Positions 11,515 through 21,725 of a stretch of DNA of 55,730 bases are shown one piece after another. This DNA comes from Campylobacterales bacterium (GTDB taxonomy: Bacteria > Campylobacterota > Campylobacteria > Campylobacterales > JALSKU01). How positions within the stretch are numbered: the first letter of the stretch is position 1; the number at the start of each line of letters is the position of its first letter. The position numbers and the translations under genes were made by a program. The stretch is taken from NCBI GenBank assembly GCA_027065125.1, contig JAMOOV010000046.1, forward strand, positions 1-55,730. Direction: 5' to 3'. A model generated the notes under the pieces. The model saw only the letters and a list, made by a program, of their open reading frames with translations. It did not search any database and was not told the origin of the DNA.

Positions 11515-11844
11515 ATGAGATATACGGCGGAAGCTATGTTAACACAACTTGGTTATACTATAAATGATAGTGTTATGTCGCAAATGAAAAGAATTATTCA
11601 AAATACGAAAGGTTTTAACGAAATACAAAAACATATCATACAGTTAAACGATGCTTTAAAACCCTTTCAGGCTTATATAGCAATGTCTAATTCAAATGAT
11701 TATTTAAAGATAAAAAATGAGTCTGATGAACAGAGTTTGAAAGAAGTTGACAAGATGATTAATGACTGGGCTAAAAAATATAAAATAGATATAAAAAAAG
11801 TTGACGGCAAAGAGACATATTATATCATAGGTTTTAAATCTTAA
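11515..11844 (+). CDS. Conserved hypothetical protein
   Basis: GGAGG SD, 109 aa, co-oriented with prfB. Confidence 0.7.
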   Translation: MRYTAEAMLTQLGYTINDSVMSQMKRIIQNTKGFNEIQKHIIQLNDALKPFQAYIAMSNSNDYLKIKNESDEQSLKEVDKMINDWAKKYKIDIKKVDGKETYYIIGFKS

Positions 11845-11849
11845 AAACT

Positions 11850-13451
11850 CTATACTTTCCTTTGTATCGTTATCTTTTTTGGAGTAAAGAGTTCTCTTGC
11901 TTTTTGCACAAAAGGATCATCCAAAATACTCTCTCTTTTTGAGTCATTATTTGGATTTTCAATATGCGATGCCACACAAGAGGACGGCATCTCTTCTTGC
12001 TCTTTTTCTTGTTTGGGTTTTGTATTTTCTATCTGTTTTTCTGTATGAGTACACGGTTTCATAGAGATTTTTGTATTTATGCCGTAAATATCTTTTACAA
12101 AATGTTTGATGATGCCGGAAGCATGCCTTAGGATATTTTTGCATTCATCTTTGGTGCAACTCTCAAGCTCTATCGTATCATTTTCAAATTTTATAAAGTG
12201 TACACCCTCTTCAAAACATTTGCCCGTTTCATAGTTTCTATCATAGATAGCTTTTATCAAGAGTTTGAATTTATCCTCTTTTTGAGTAGCTATCGGGGCT
12301 TCTTGTTTGGTTTGGGTTTGGTTTGGTTTGGTTTGGGTGTTTTTTATCTCAAGATTTTCTTGTTTGTTTAAGGTAGGTTTTTTTGCTATCTCCTCCTCTT
12401 TTTCAAGAGATTCTATAAGTTCATCTATGGATTTTAACTTTGTTGCCTCTAACATTTTAAAAAATAGCAAAGACAGAATAAACCCACTATCGGCATTTAG
12501 AAAAAGTAGGTTTTTGGCATCGCTTAATATCCTAAAGAACCTATCGTATAAAATGGTGCTAAATCTAGCATCCTCATTAAAAAAAGAGTTTTTAAGATAT
12601 GCTATCATCTCATCTATCACAACTTCGCTTTCATACTCTTCAAGCTCTTTTATGATATTTAGTAACTCTTTTTTATCATTTTTTATCACAACATCAAATA
12701 TATTATCAAGATAACTCGGATCAATTAAACCTAACATATCGGCTATGCTTTTTGTATCTATAAAGCCTTTTGTGTAGATAATGGCTTGGTCTAAGAGGGT
12801 TAGAGTATCTCTAAGCGATCCGTTTCCTGATCGACTGAGCATTTCAAGGGCTTCACTTTCATACTTTATATCCTCTTTATCAAGAATATATTCAAGATGA
12901 TGTTTGATATTTTTCTCACTAATTCTTTTAAATCTAAAGTGTTGTGTTCTTGAAAGTATGGTAGCCGGTAGTTTTAGAGGGTCAGTTGTAGCTAGTATGA
13001 ACTTGATATACTCAGGCGGCTCTTCAAGAGTTTTCAAAAGAGCATTAAAAGCCTCTTTGGTTAGCATATGAACTTCATCTATGATAAATATCTTATATCT
13101 AGCCATCGTAGGCTTATATTTTGTCTGTTCTATCAAATCTCTTATGTCGTCTATCTTTCTACTGCTTGCTGCATCCATTTCAATGATATCAATATGTCTG
13201 TTTTCATTGGCCGCTTTACAATTTTCACAAACTTCGCAAGGCTTTTCAGTAGGACCGTTGTCGCATACAAGAGATTTTGAAAAAATTCTTGCAGTAGAAG
13301 TTTTTCCACTTCCTCTTAAACCTGAAAACAGATAGGCATGAGAAAGTCTTTTGCCTTTAAGTGCACCTGTTAAAACTTGAGCTATAGAATCTTGTCCTAT
13401 GAGTTCATCAAATGTTTTTGGTCTATATTTTAGTGCTAAAACTTCCGACAT
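11850..13451 (-). CDS. dnaX: DNA polymerase III subunit gamma/tau
   Basis: LALKYRP, GLRGSGKTS, Zn-Cys cluster, EMDAAS, IIDEVHML, FNALLKTLEEPP; start ATG 13451 with AGAGG SD. Confidence 0.96.
   Translation of the reverse strand: MSEVLALKYRPKTFDELIGQDSIAQVLTGALKGKRLSHAYLFSGLRGSGKTSTARIFSKSLVCDNGPTEKPCEVCENCKAANENRHIDIIEMDAASSRKIDDIRDLIEQTKYKPTMARYKIFIIDEVHMLTKEAFNALLKTLEEPPEYIKFILATTDPLKLPATILSRTQHFRFKRISEKNIKHHLEYILDKEDIKYESEALEMLSRSGNGSLRDTLTLLDQAIIYTKGFIDTKSIADMLGLIDPSYLDNIFDVVIKNDKKELLNIIKELEEYESEVVIDEMIAYLKNSFFNEDARFSTILYDRFFRILSDAKNLLFLNADSGFILSLLFFKMLEATKLKSIDELIESLEKEEEIAKKPTLNKQENLEIKNTQTKPNQTQTKQEAPIATQKEDKFKLLIKAIYDRNYETGKCFEEGVHFIKFENDTIELESCTKDECKNILRHASGIIKHFVKDIYGINTKISMKPCTHTEKQIENTKPKQEKEQEEMPSSCVASHIENPNNDSKRESILDDPFVQKARELFTPKKITIQRKV
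12305..12337. repeat. Imperfect pentanucleotide tandem repeat (GTTTG)x6 in dnaX linker
   Basis: gtttg gtttg g gtttg gtttg gtttg gtttg g; encodes QTKPNQTQTK on minus strand. Confidence 0.75.
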
Positions 13452-13560
13452 ATCTATCCTCTGTTGATTATAATAAGTACAATTATACAATTATTTTGCT
13501 TAATAATGAAACTATACCGTATAGTAGCAATTCCCATAAAAATATAATTTGGGATAAAAC

Positions 13561-14316
13561 TTAAAGAGATAGCCACTTCTTTGCAGTTTTTTTAAGGTGG
13601 TTTGGATTTTCAGTTGCAAAGTATTTGATATTTGTTTTTGAAAAAAAATTTTTAAAAACAAACTTATCTTTAAGATACTCTGCTATGGCTTCTCCAGAGT
13701 GGATTAAAATGGTATTTTTAAAAAATTTTCTGTATTCATTCTCTATCAATGGAAAATGAGTGCATCCCATTATTAAAACATCCGGCTTTTGAATATCTTT
13801 GAAGTAGTGGTGCATTATAGCATCGACAACTTTTCCATTATAAATATCCTCTTCAACCATAGGAACAAAAAGTCCTGTAGCCTTTTCTTGTAGATTTTTG
13901 TAGCCTTGGTTTTGCAAAAGTTTTTTGTATTTACCGCTTTTTATGGTAGCATTTGTACCGGTTATTAGGATATTGCTATTTTTATCTTTTACTCTATTTT
14001 TCAATGCAACAACACCTGGCTCTATAACCCCTACAACTTCGAATGATGCTTGATTTTTTAACTCTTCTATTGCATAAGCACTGACTGTATTACAAGCCGT
14101 TATAAGTATATCTATATCGAAGTTTTTGAAAAATTCCAGAGCTTCAAGTGCATATCTTATGATAGTGTTTTTATCTTTTGTACCATAAGGAACTCTCGCA
14201 GTATCTCCATAATATATAATCTCTTCAAACAACCCCTCTTTGATAAGAGATTTTACAACACTTAAGCCTCCGATACCACTATCGAAAACCCCCGCTTTTA
14301 GCATCTTTTCACTCAT
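13561..14316 (-). CDS. murI: Glutamate racemase
   Basis: [32 protein letters not shown]. Confidence 0.96.
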   Translation of the reverse strand: MSEKMLKAGVFDSGIGGLSVVKSLIKEGLFEEIIYYGDTARVPYGTKDKNTIIRYALEALEFFKNFDIDILITACNTVSAYAIEELKNQASFEVVGVIEPGVVALKNRVKDKNSNILITGTNATIKSGKYKKLLQNQGYKNLQEKATGLFVPMVEEDIYNGKVVDAIMHHYFKDIQKPDVLIMGCTHFPLIENEYRKFFKNTILIHSGEAIAEYLKDKFVFKNFFSKTNIKYFATENPNHLKKTAKKWLSL

Positions 14317-15655
14317 TCATTATCGAAAGAAACTCTTTGTTGTCTTTTGTTTTTAAGAGTTTTGAATACAAGAATTTTAAAGCTTCTATCTCTTCCATTT
14401 GGCTTATAGCTGTTCTTAATGCCCAAATTCTTGGCAGATCATTTTTATCTACAAGTAGCTCCTCTTTTCTTGTGCCGGACTTGATTATATCGATAGCGGG
14501 ATAAATTCTTCTGTCTGATATGTGTCTATCAAGTATGATTTCACTGTTTCCTGTACCTTTAAACTCTTCAAATATGACTTCATCCATTCTGGAACCGGTA
14601 TCTATAAGTGCGGTTGAAATGATGGTTAAACTGCCACCTTGTTCTATATTTCTTGCTGCACCGAAAAATCTTTTTGGTTTATGAAGAGCATTTGCATCGA
14701 CACCACCGCTTAGAACTTTACCGCTACTTGGAGTAACTGTGTTGTATGCTCTTGCAAGTCTTGTTATGGAATCAAGAAGTATAACTACATCTTTGCCTAT
14801 CTCTACTCGTCTTTTTGCTTTTTCGATAACAAGTTCCGCTACTCTTACATGGTTTGTTGCTGCGAGGTCAAATGTAGAGCTATATACATCTCCTTTGACA
14901 CTTCTTTGCATATCAGTAACCTCTTCAGGTCTTTCGTCAACAAGTAAAACTATAAGTTCAATCTCCGGATGATTGTGTGTTATGCCGTGAGCTAACTCTT
15001 TTAAAAGTTCTGTTTTGCCACTTCTCGGAGGAGCTACTATCAAAGCTCTCTGTCCTTTTCCTATGGGTATAAATAGATCTAAAACTCTTCCCGTTAACTT
15101 TAAGGGGTCATACTCAAGTTTTATCCTTTCGGTAGGATAAAGTGGAGTTAAGTTTTCAAAAAGTGGTCTGTTTCTGCTCTCTTTTAGTGGTAGATAATTG
15201 ACGGCTTCTATCTTTAAAAGTGCATAATATCTCTCTTGGTCTTTTGGAGGTCTAACTTGTCCCGTGACCACATCACCGGTTCTAAGGGCAAATTTTCTAA
15301 CTTGAGTAGCACTTACATATGCATCATTTTGACTATCGCTTAGATTTTCATCTACTGCTCTTAAAAAGCCATACCCGTCATGCATTATTTCAAGTATGCC
15401 TGTAAATAGTATATATCCACCTTGGCTTGTTTGGGACTTTAATATTTCAAACATTATATCTTGTCGTTTTAGTTGATTTGGATTTTCTATGTCAAGCTTT
15501 TCGGCTATTTCTATAAGTTCGGTTATGCTTTTTTTTCTAAGCTCTTCTATTTTGTATCCGTCAACAGGAATATGTGTTCTTTTTCCATTATATTTTTTAT
15601 TTGGAGTATTGCCATTTTTGGCTTGTCCTCGTTTTGTATTTTCTGAAGTGTTCAT
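14309..15655 (-). CDS. rho: Transcription termination factor Rho
   Basis: [45 protein letters not shown]. Confidence 0.98.
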   Translation of the reverse strand: MNTSENTKRGQAKNGNTPNKKYNGKRTHIPVDGYKIEELRKKSITELIEIAEKLDIENPNQLKRQDIMFEILKSQTSQGGYILFTGILEIMHDGYGFLRAVDENLSDSQNDAYVSATQVRKFALRTGDVVTGQVRPPKDQERYYALLKIEAVNYLPLKESRNRPLFENLTPLYPTERIKLEYDPLKLTGRVLDLFIPIGKGQRALIVAPPRSGKTELLKELAHGITHNHPEIELIVLLVDERPEEVTDMQRSVKGDVYSSTFDLAATNHVRVAELVIEKAKRRVEIGKDVVILLDSITRLARAYNTVTPSSGKVLSGGVDANALHKPKRFFGAARNIEQGGSLTIISTALIDTGSRMDEVIFEEFKGTGNSEIILDRHISDRRIYPAIDIIKSGTRKEELLVDKNDLPRIWALRTAISQMEEIEALKFLYSKLLKTKDNKEFLSIMNE

Positions 15656-15785
15656 TGTGCCTTCTTTTGTTTATAAGATTTAATAGTATGCAATGCAGAT
15701 ATCTTTAAAATAAGATTTATCTCTATTCACAGATTGCTAAAATTTTGATAATGGTATTTTATAATAAGTTGAGTTTTTTGTCAAA

Positions 15786-16286
15786 TCATTTTTTGTATAG
15801 GGTGTATAATTCGGATTCTTCAATCTCTATTCTGGATTGTAAAATTTTTCCTATAGCTTCAAATTCTCTTTTAAAAAGCTCAAGGTATTGGTCGTTAAAT
15901 TCTATTGTTTCATATTTTTTTAAAAATGCAAAAACATCTTTATATATCTCTTCTGCTGATTTTGCCATATCTTCTATAAAATCAATATTTTCCGTATTTT
16001 TATAGTAATTTTTTAAATATGTGTATAACTGTATCTTTTCGCTATAATTATGTATTTCAAAATTGACTTTAAAGGCTTTTAGATACTGTTTTAAAGTTTT
16101 ATATTTTTTGCTTTGTGTAGCTTTTGATATCTTTGTAAACTCTTCAACTAATTTTTTGTGATCGCTTATAAGTTGAAGTATCAATCCCTCATTATAAGGA
16201 ATTCCGTCTTTTTGAGGTGTTTGCGATGTCTTTTTTTTTGCTAAAGTATCATTGGAGCTTCCAAAAAGTTTTCCAAAAAAACCCAT
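15786..16286 (-). CDS. Hemerythrin-like domain protein
   Basis: SDHKKL, HNYSEKIQLY, RIEIEESELY helical pattern; GGAGG SD. Confidence 0.65.
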   Translation of the reverse strand: MGFFGKLFGSSNDTLAKKKTSQTPQKDGIPYNEGLILQLISDHKKLVEEFTKISKATQSKKYKTLKQYLKAFKVNFEIHNYSEKIQLYTYLKNYYKNTENIDFIEDMAKSAEEIYKDVFAFLKKYETIEFNDQYLELFKREFEAIGKILQSRIEIEESELYTLYKK

Positions 16287-16411
16287 ATTTGCTACCTCCT
16301 TTAAAACTTTTAAACTATTGTACTATTTTAAGTCTTAAATTATATTATAACAAGGTCTAAATATTCAGCTAAATTGTTTTATAATACGATAAAAAATATA
16401 GGAATAAAATA

Positions 16412-18811
16412 TTGGCTAAAGTTATTTGCGATCATTGTCACTTGGAATTTGATGAAAAAGTGATGATAAAAGATGAAGTCAATGGGGAAACTTTATACTT
16501 TTGCTGTAAAGGGTGTCAGGGGATTTATCATCTTTTAAGAAGTGAAGGGCTTGATGATTTTTATGAGAAAGTTGGCAACAATAAGTTAGAGCCTCCAAAA
16601 AATATACATGATGATCTTCATAAATTCGATCTTGAAGGGTTTAAAAATAAATATATCAAAGAAAAAGATGGTTTTTATGAGATAAATCTTATCATTGAAG
16701 GTATCCACTGTTCGGCTTGTGTTTGGCTTAATGAAAAAGTTTTACATCAAACGGAAGGGATAATTGAAGCTACGATAAATTATACCAATAATAAAGCAAA
16801 AATAGTCTGGGATCCAGATACTATAAAACTTTCTCAAATTATAGAGAAAATTAGAAGCATAGGATACAATGGATACCCTTATGATCCGAAACTTCAAGAG
16901 GAAAGAGCCAATAAGGCAAGAAGGGATTATTATGCAAGACTTCTTGTGGCTATCTTTGCTACTATGAATATCATGTGGATAGCCATAGCTCAATATGCCG
17001 GATATTTTACAGGCATAAGAAGTGATATGAAAAATGTTTTAAATATTGCAGAGTTTGTATTGGCTACCCCGGCTCTTTTTTATACCGGTTGGATATATTT
17101 CAGAGGGGCTTATTTTGCTTTAAAAAATAAATTTATAAATATGGATGTATTAGTTATAACAGGTGCAAGTTTGGCATATGCCTATTCGGTTTATGCTATG
17201 ATTACCCATACCGGAGAGGTTTATTTTGATTCGGTAACTATGATAATAACTTTTGTTTTTGTGGGTAAATATCTTGAAGTTTTAAGCAAGAAAAAAGCCG
17301 TTGATGCTATGGATAATCTAATGGGTTCCATACCTACGGAGCTTACAATAATTAAAGATAAAGAAAAAAGTATAATATCTGTAGAAGAGATTGAAGAGGG
17401 TGATATAATAGAGATAAAACCCGGAGATAAGATAGTGATAGACGGGATTATTGTAAACGGGGAAGGTAATTTTGATCTTTCAAGTCTAACCGGAGAGAGC
17501 GAACCTGTATATAAAAAAGAGGGAGATGAGATACTAAGCGGTTCTATCTGTCTTGATGCGGTTATAAGATATAAAGCTACCAAAAATTTTAAACACTCTA
17601 TGCTTTCAAGTATTGTTACACTTCTTGAAGAGTCTATATCTAAAAAACCCTCTATTGAAAAATTGGCAGATACCATTTCCGGATATTTTTCTCTTGTTAT
17701 ATTGAGTATTGCATTATTGACTTTTATCGGTTGGTATATACATGGAGTAGGATTTGAAAAATCTCTTATCATAGGAATTTCAGTCATAGTTATAGCTTGT
17801 CCATGTGCTTTGGGGCTTGCTACTCCTATGGCTGCTCTGATAGGTATCAATACTGCTTCAAGCAAAGGAATACTCTTTAAAGAGGCGGAATTTTTAGAAA
17901 CTATGGCAAAAAGTGATACTATCGTGCTTGATAAAACGGGAACCATAACTGAAGGAAAACCAAAAGTTATAAATTCCAAAGTGTTGCATCCGTTTGATAA
18001 AAATTTACTATATTCACTTGTAAAAAGCTCAAAACATCCTATTAGTAAAGCGATTGTGAAATATTTAAAAGAATCTGATGAAAATATCAAAGAGTATTAT
18101 TTATCAAATCTTAAAAATATAGAAGCAAGAGGTATAAGCGGAGAATATAAAGAACACAAACTATTTGGGGGTAACATAGAGCTTATTAAGGAGATTGGTG
18201 TAGATTTTGATGATGATATAAATAGTACCGTGTTTGTATTTGTGATTGATAAAAAAGCTGTAGCCTATTTTGAACTTAAAGACTCTTTAAAAAAAGATGC
18301 GAAAGAAGTAATAAAGGAAATAAAAAAAAGAGGTATCAAACCCATAATGCTAACCGGAGACAATGAAAAGGTTGCCAATGAGATAGCAAGAGAGGTTGGT
18401 ATAGATGAGGTGCATCACTCTTTATTTCCAAAAGATAAAGCCGATATGATAGATAAACTTCACAAAGATAAAAAAATCGTTATAATGGTAGGAGACGGGA
18501 TTAATGATGCTTTGGCACTTTCAAGAGCCGATATTGCCATCAGTATGGGAAATGGTGCCGATGTAAGTGTGGAAGTGAGTGATGTGGTGCTTTTAAATGA
18601 TGATATGCAAAGTCTTTTAGATGCTTTAAAGATAAGTAAAAAAGCTTATGCAACTATTAAGGAAAATTTTACATTGTCGGTTATATATAACTCCATTACT
18701 ATACCTCTTGCAGTCATGGGATATGTTATGCCTCTTATCGCTGCATTATCTATGTCTTTGAGTTCTTTGATAGTAGTTGGAAATTCATTTAGGATAAGGA
18801 AGTTAAAATGA
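16412..18811 (+). CDS. ccoI: Copper-translocating P1B-type ATPase, CcoI/FixI type
   Basis: N-terminal CDHC/FCCKGC, HCSAC HMA motif, TGES, CPCALGLATP, DKTGT, GDGINDA; followed by ccoS. Confidence 0.9.
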   Translation: MAKVICDHCHLEFDEKVMIKDEVNGETLYFCCKGCQGIYHLLRSEGLDDFYEKVGNNKLEPPKNIHDDLHKFDLEGFKNKYIKEKDGFYEINLIIEGIHCSACVWLNEKVLHQTEGIIEATINYTNNKAKIVWDPDTIKLSQIIEKIRSIGYNGYPYDPKLQEERANKARRDYYARLLVAIFATMNIMWIAIAQYAGYFTGIRSDMKNVLNIAEFVLATPALFYTGWIYFRGAYFALKNKFINMDVLVITGASLAYAYSVYAMITHTGEVYFDSVTMIITFVFVGKYLEVLSKKKAVDAMDNLMGSIPTELTIIKDKEKSIISVEEIEEGDIIEIKPGDKIVIDGIIVNGEGNFDLSSLTGESEPVYKKEGDEILSGSICLDAVIRYKATKNFKHSMLSSIVTLLEESISKKPSIEKLADTISGYFSLVILSIALLTFIGWYIHGVGFEKSLIIGISVIVIACPCALGLATPMAALIGINTASSKGILFKEAEFLETMAKSDTIVLDKTGTITEGKPKVINSKVLHPFDKNLLYSLVKSSKHPISKAIVKYLKESDENIKEYYLSNLKNIEARGISGEYKEHKLFGGNIELIKEIGVDFDDDINSTVFVFVIDKKAVAYFELKDSLKKDAKEVIKEIKKRGIKPIMLTGDNEKVANEIAREVGIDEVHHSLFPKDKADMIDKLHKDKKIVIMVGDGINDALALSRADIAISMGNGADVSVEVSDVVLLNDDMQSLLDALKISKKAYATIKENFTLSVIYNSITIPLAVMGYVMPLIAALSMSLSSLIVVGNSFRIRKLK

Positions 18812-19050
18812 GTAGTAATATACTTGCTATGATGCTCGGAGTTTCTACATTTCTTGGAGCATTAGGTCTTTTAGCTCTTTTGTGGGGTTTAAGAACAGGA
18901 CAGTTTGATGATCAGGAAAAGTTTCTTGAAAGTGCTAAATATGATACAGAAGAAGAATTAAAAGATGCAATTGCTTTAGAAAAAAGAAAAAAAAAGATAA
19001 TACAAAAAAAGAAGAAAAAAGAGGAGAAAAATTATTCTCCTCCTGATTGA
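18808..19050 (+). CDS. ccoS: cbb3-type cytochrome oxidase assembly protein CcoS
   Basis: TM helix then LWGLRTGQFDD. Confidence 0.9.
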   Translation: MSSNILAMMLGVSTFLGALGLLALLWGLRTGQFDDQEKFLESAKYDTEEELKDAIALEKRKKKIIQKKKKKEEKNYSPPD

Positions 19051-19350
19051 TTACTTGATACCAGCTATATATTCAGAAACCGCTTTTATATCGGCATCAC
19101 TGTAAGTAGCTACTTGACCTTTCATAACACCTTTCATAGCTCTACCGTATGTTCCGGCTTTATAGCCCTCAAGAGCTTTTGCTATCTTATCAGCTGACCA
19201 ACCTTTTACTACTTTTGATGCACCAAGAGCTTTTTTACCAAAATCAGCTCCGTGGCATCCCAAACATTTTGCAGCCAAAGCTTTTCCGTCAGCAGCCATC
19301 AATGATAAAGCACCGGCAGTTATTAAAGCAACAATTGTTAATTTTTTCAT
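19051..19350 (-). CDS. Periplasmic monoheme cytochrome c553
   Basis: Signal peptide, CLGCH, distal Met (YGRAMKGVMKGQ). Confidence 0.9.
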   Translation of the reverse strand: MKKLTIVALITAGALSLMAADGKALAAKCLGCHGADFGKKALGASKVVKGWSADKIAKALEGYKAGTYGRAMKGVMKGQVATYSDADIKAVSEYIAGIK

Positions 19351-19481
19351 ATAATCTCCTTTAATTTAGTTTTATAATTATATCTATTTTTTCTTTATAA
19401 AAGCTTATTTTTTAAAGTAAGCTTTATGAACTTATGTGTTAGTATATATTTTTTTAATATAATAAAAAAAATATTTTAAGG

Positions 19482-20213
19482 TTGGAAATGAAAAAGAGTT
19501 CTCTTTTGTTATTGATATTTATATTTCCCATTATACTTTTAGCCGAAGATTCGAAATGTGCAGAGGGAAATTATCTTGTTTTTCAAAAAGAAAATAATCA
19601 TACTATAAATTCGCTACAAAAGATTTTACAAAAAAATCCCAATGATATGGAGTGCTTGGTGAAACTTATCAATCTTTATCTTAAAGAAGGAAAAGTATCT
19701 AAAGGTTTTGAGCTTTTAATTCGTGCATATAAAAAAGACCCTGATTTTATAAAAACTAAAAAAATTTATAAAATAGTTCATGTAGCTCAATATATAACAC
19801 GGTTAAAACAAAAAGCAAAAGAAACAAACAGTTCTAAGTATTGGAATTTGCTCGGGTTGAATTATTATAAAATGGGGTTTTTTAAAGAGGCTATAAAATG
19901 CTACAGGAACAGTTTAAAAGTGAATGCCGATCAAATAGAGCCTAAACTAAATCTTGCAATTGCTCTTTCAAGAGTGGGGCAAAAATATATGGCAATTGAA
20001 GAATTAAGTGATATTATAAAAAAAGATAAAAACAATTTCTATGCCTATTATTATGCCGGTAAAATACTTGAGTATCAAATAGGAGATAAAGATAAAGCAA
20101 AAAGATATTTGCAAAAAGCCAAAATACTCTGTAAAGCGGAAAAATCTAAATTTTCTAAAAAGATGTATGAACTGTATATGAAAGATTTAGATAGTGAAAC
20201 GGAAAAAAAGTAG
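19482..20213 (+). CDS. Exported TPR-repeat protein
   Basis: Signal peptide; WNLLGLNYYKMG..EAIKCY, AYYYAG TPR patterns. Confidence 0.75.
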   Translation: MEMKKSSLLLLIFIFPIILLAEDSKCAEGNYLVFQKENNHTINSLQKILQKNPNDMECLVKLINLYLKEGKVSKGFELLIRAYKKDPDFIKTKKIYKIVHVAQYITRLKQKAKETNSSKYWNLLGLNYYKMGFFKEAIKCYRNSLKVNADQIEPKLNLAIALSRVGQKYMAIEELSDIIKKDKNNFYAYYYAGKILEYQIGDKDKAKRYLQKAKILCKAEKSKFSKKMYELYMKDLDSETEKK

Positions 20214-20715
20214 AGCGATATTTCTCGATAGAGACGGTGTGATAAATGAAGATGGAGGATATGTTTATAAGATAGATGATTTTGTCTTTAAAAGTGAGAT
20301 TTTTAATGTTCTGAAAAAGCTACAAGAATTAGGCTATATTTTGATAATAGTTACCAACCAATCCGGTATAGGCAGAGGATACTATACGAAAGAGGATTTT
20401 TTAAAGCTAACATCTTTTATGGTTGAAGAGTTTAAGACAAGAGGTATAAATATAGCCAAAGTTTACTACTGTCCTCACAAACCGGAAGATAACTGCGAGT
20501 GTAGAAAGCCAAAAAACGGGATGCTTGAAGAGGCTATAAATGAATTTAATATAGATCCAAAATCATCTTGGATGATAGGCGATAAACTGAGCGATATCGA
20601 GGCGGCGAACAGAAGCGGCATTGAAAATACTATTTTAATTTCCGAGGATAAAAGTCAAAAAACTAAATTTTGCACTAATAGTATTTATGATATAATAAAT
20701 ATCATAAAATATTAG
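20194..20715 (+). CDS. gmhB: D-glycero-D-manno-heptose 1,7-bisphosphate phosphatase
   Basis: FLDRDGVIN, TNQSGIGRG, CPH..CECRKP, MIGDKLSD. Confidence 0.95.
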   Translation: MKRKKSRAIFLDRDGVINEDGGYVYKIDDFVFKSEIFNVLKKLQELGYILIIVTNQSGIGRGYYTKEDFLKLTSFMVEEFKTRGINIAKVYYCPHKPEDNCECRKPKNGMLEEAINEFNIDPKSSWMIGDKLSDIEAANRSGIENTILISEDKSQKTKFCTNSIYDIINIIKY

Positions 20716-20723
20716 GAATAATT

Positions 20724-21725
20724 ATGTGTTATAGTGACATAAACTTCAACGATAAAACAGTACTGATAACAGGCGGAGCGGGTTTTATAGGCAGTAATTT
20801 GGCTTTTTATTTTCAAGAGAACTATCCTGATTGCGAAGTGGTGATTTTTGACAAGTTTAGAAGTAGTGAAACATTTGACAATGGCAATCTTAAAAGCTTT
20901 GGTCATTTTAAAAATCTATTGGGTTTTAAAGGTATAGTTGTAAGCGGAGATATAACTGATAAAGAGGATTTGAAAAGATTAAATGAATATAAGTTTGATT
21001 ATATTTTTCATGAGGCGGCCATCAGTGATACTACCGTGGGTGATCAAAAGATTATGATAGATACCAATGTAAATGCTTTTGTCGATCTGCTTGAAATGGC
21101 AAAACAGATGAAAGCCTCCATGGTATATGCAAGTTCCGCCGCCACTTATGGGGATAGCGATATTTTCAAAGTGGGGTATGAAAAGCCAAATAATGTGTAC
21201 GGTTTTAGTAAGCTTATGATGGATAATATAGCTAAAAAATATATGCAAGGGAGTGATATCTCTATAGTCGGTTTAAGGTATTTTAATGTTTACGGTGAGA
21301 GAGAATTTTTTAAAAATAAAACAGCCTCTATGGTTTTACAATTTGGACTTCAACTATTAAGAGGAGAGAGTGCAAAACTTTTTGTGGGTAGTGACAAGAT
21401 AAAGAGAGATTTTATCTATGTGGAGGATGTCATTCAAGCCAATATAAAAGCTTGTAAGTCAAGAAAAAATGGGATCTATAATGTCGGAACGGGAGAGGCA
21501 AGAAGTTTTCAAGATATAGTTGATACTTTAAAAAATGAGTTAAATATAAAAAAAGAAGATGTGTGTATACTAAATCCCTATGAAAAACAGTATCAATTTT
21601 TTACCGAAGCTGACATATCAGATACAAGAAAGTTTTTAGAATATAATCCTCGATTTAGTCTGGAAAAAGGTATAAGATCTTATATACCGGAAATTAAAAG
21701 AATATACAAACATGAACAAGCTTAA
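20724..21725 (+). CDS. hldD: ADP-L-glycero-D-manno-heptose 6-epimerase
   Basis: TGGAGFIGSN, YASSAATYG, YGFSK, LRYFNVYG; within heptose operon. Confidence 0.92.
   Translation: MCYSDINFNDKTVLITGGAGFIGSNLAFYFQENYPDCEVVIFDKFRSSETFDNGNLKSFGHFKNLLGFKGIVVSGDITDKEDLKRLNEYKFDYIFHEAAISDTTVGDQKIMIDTNVNAFVDLLEMAKQMKASMVYASSAATYGDSDIFKVGYEKPNNVYGFSKLMMDNIAKKYMQGSDISIVGLRYFNVYGEREFFKNKTASMVLQFGLQLLRGESAKLFVGSDKIKRDFIYVEDVIQANIKACKSRKNGIYNVGTGEARSFQDIVDTLKNELNIKKEDVCILNPYEKQYQFFTEADISDTRKFLEYNPRFSLEKGIRSYIPEIKRIYKHEQA

Noticed and set aside
17221-18090. 289-aa minus-strand ORF and other antisense ORFs (e.g. 44914-45516, 45904-46440, 53465-55648)
   Set aside because: Ser/Ile/Phe-rich mirror frames of strong genes; no motifs.
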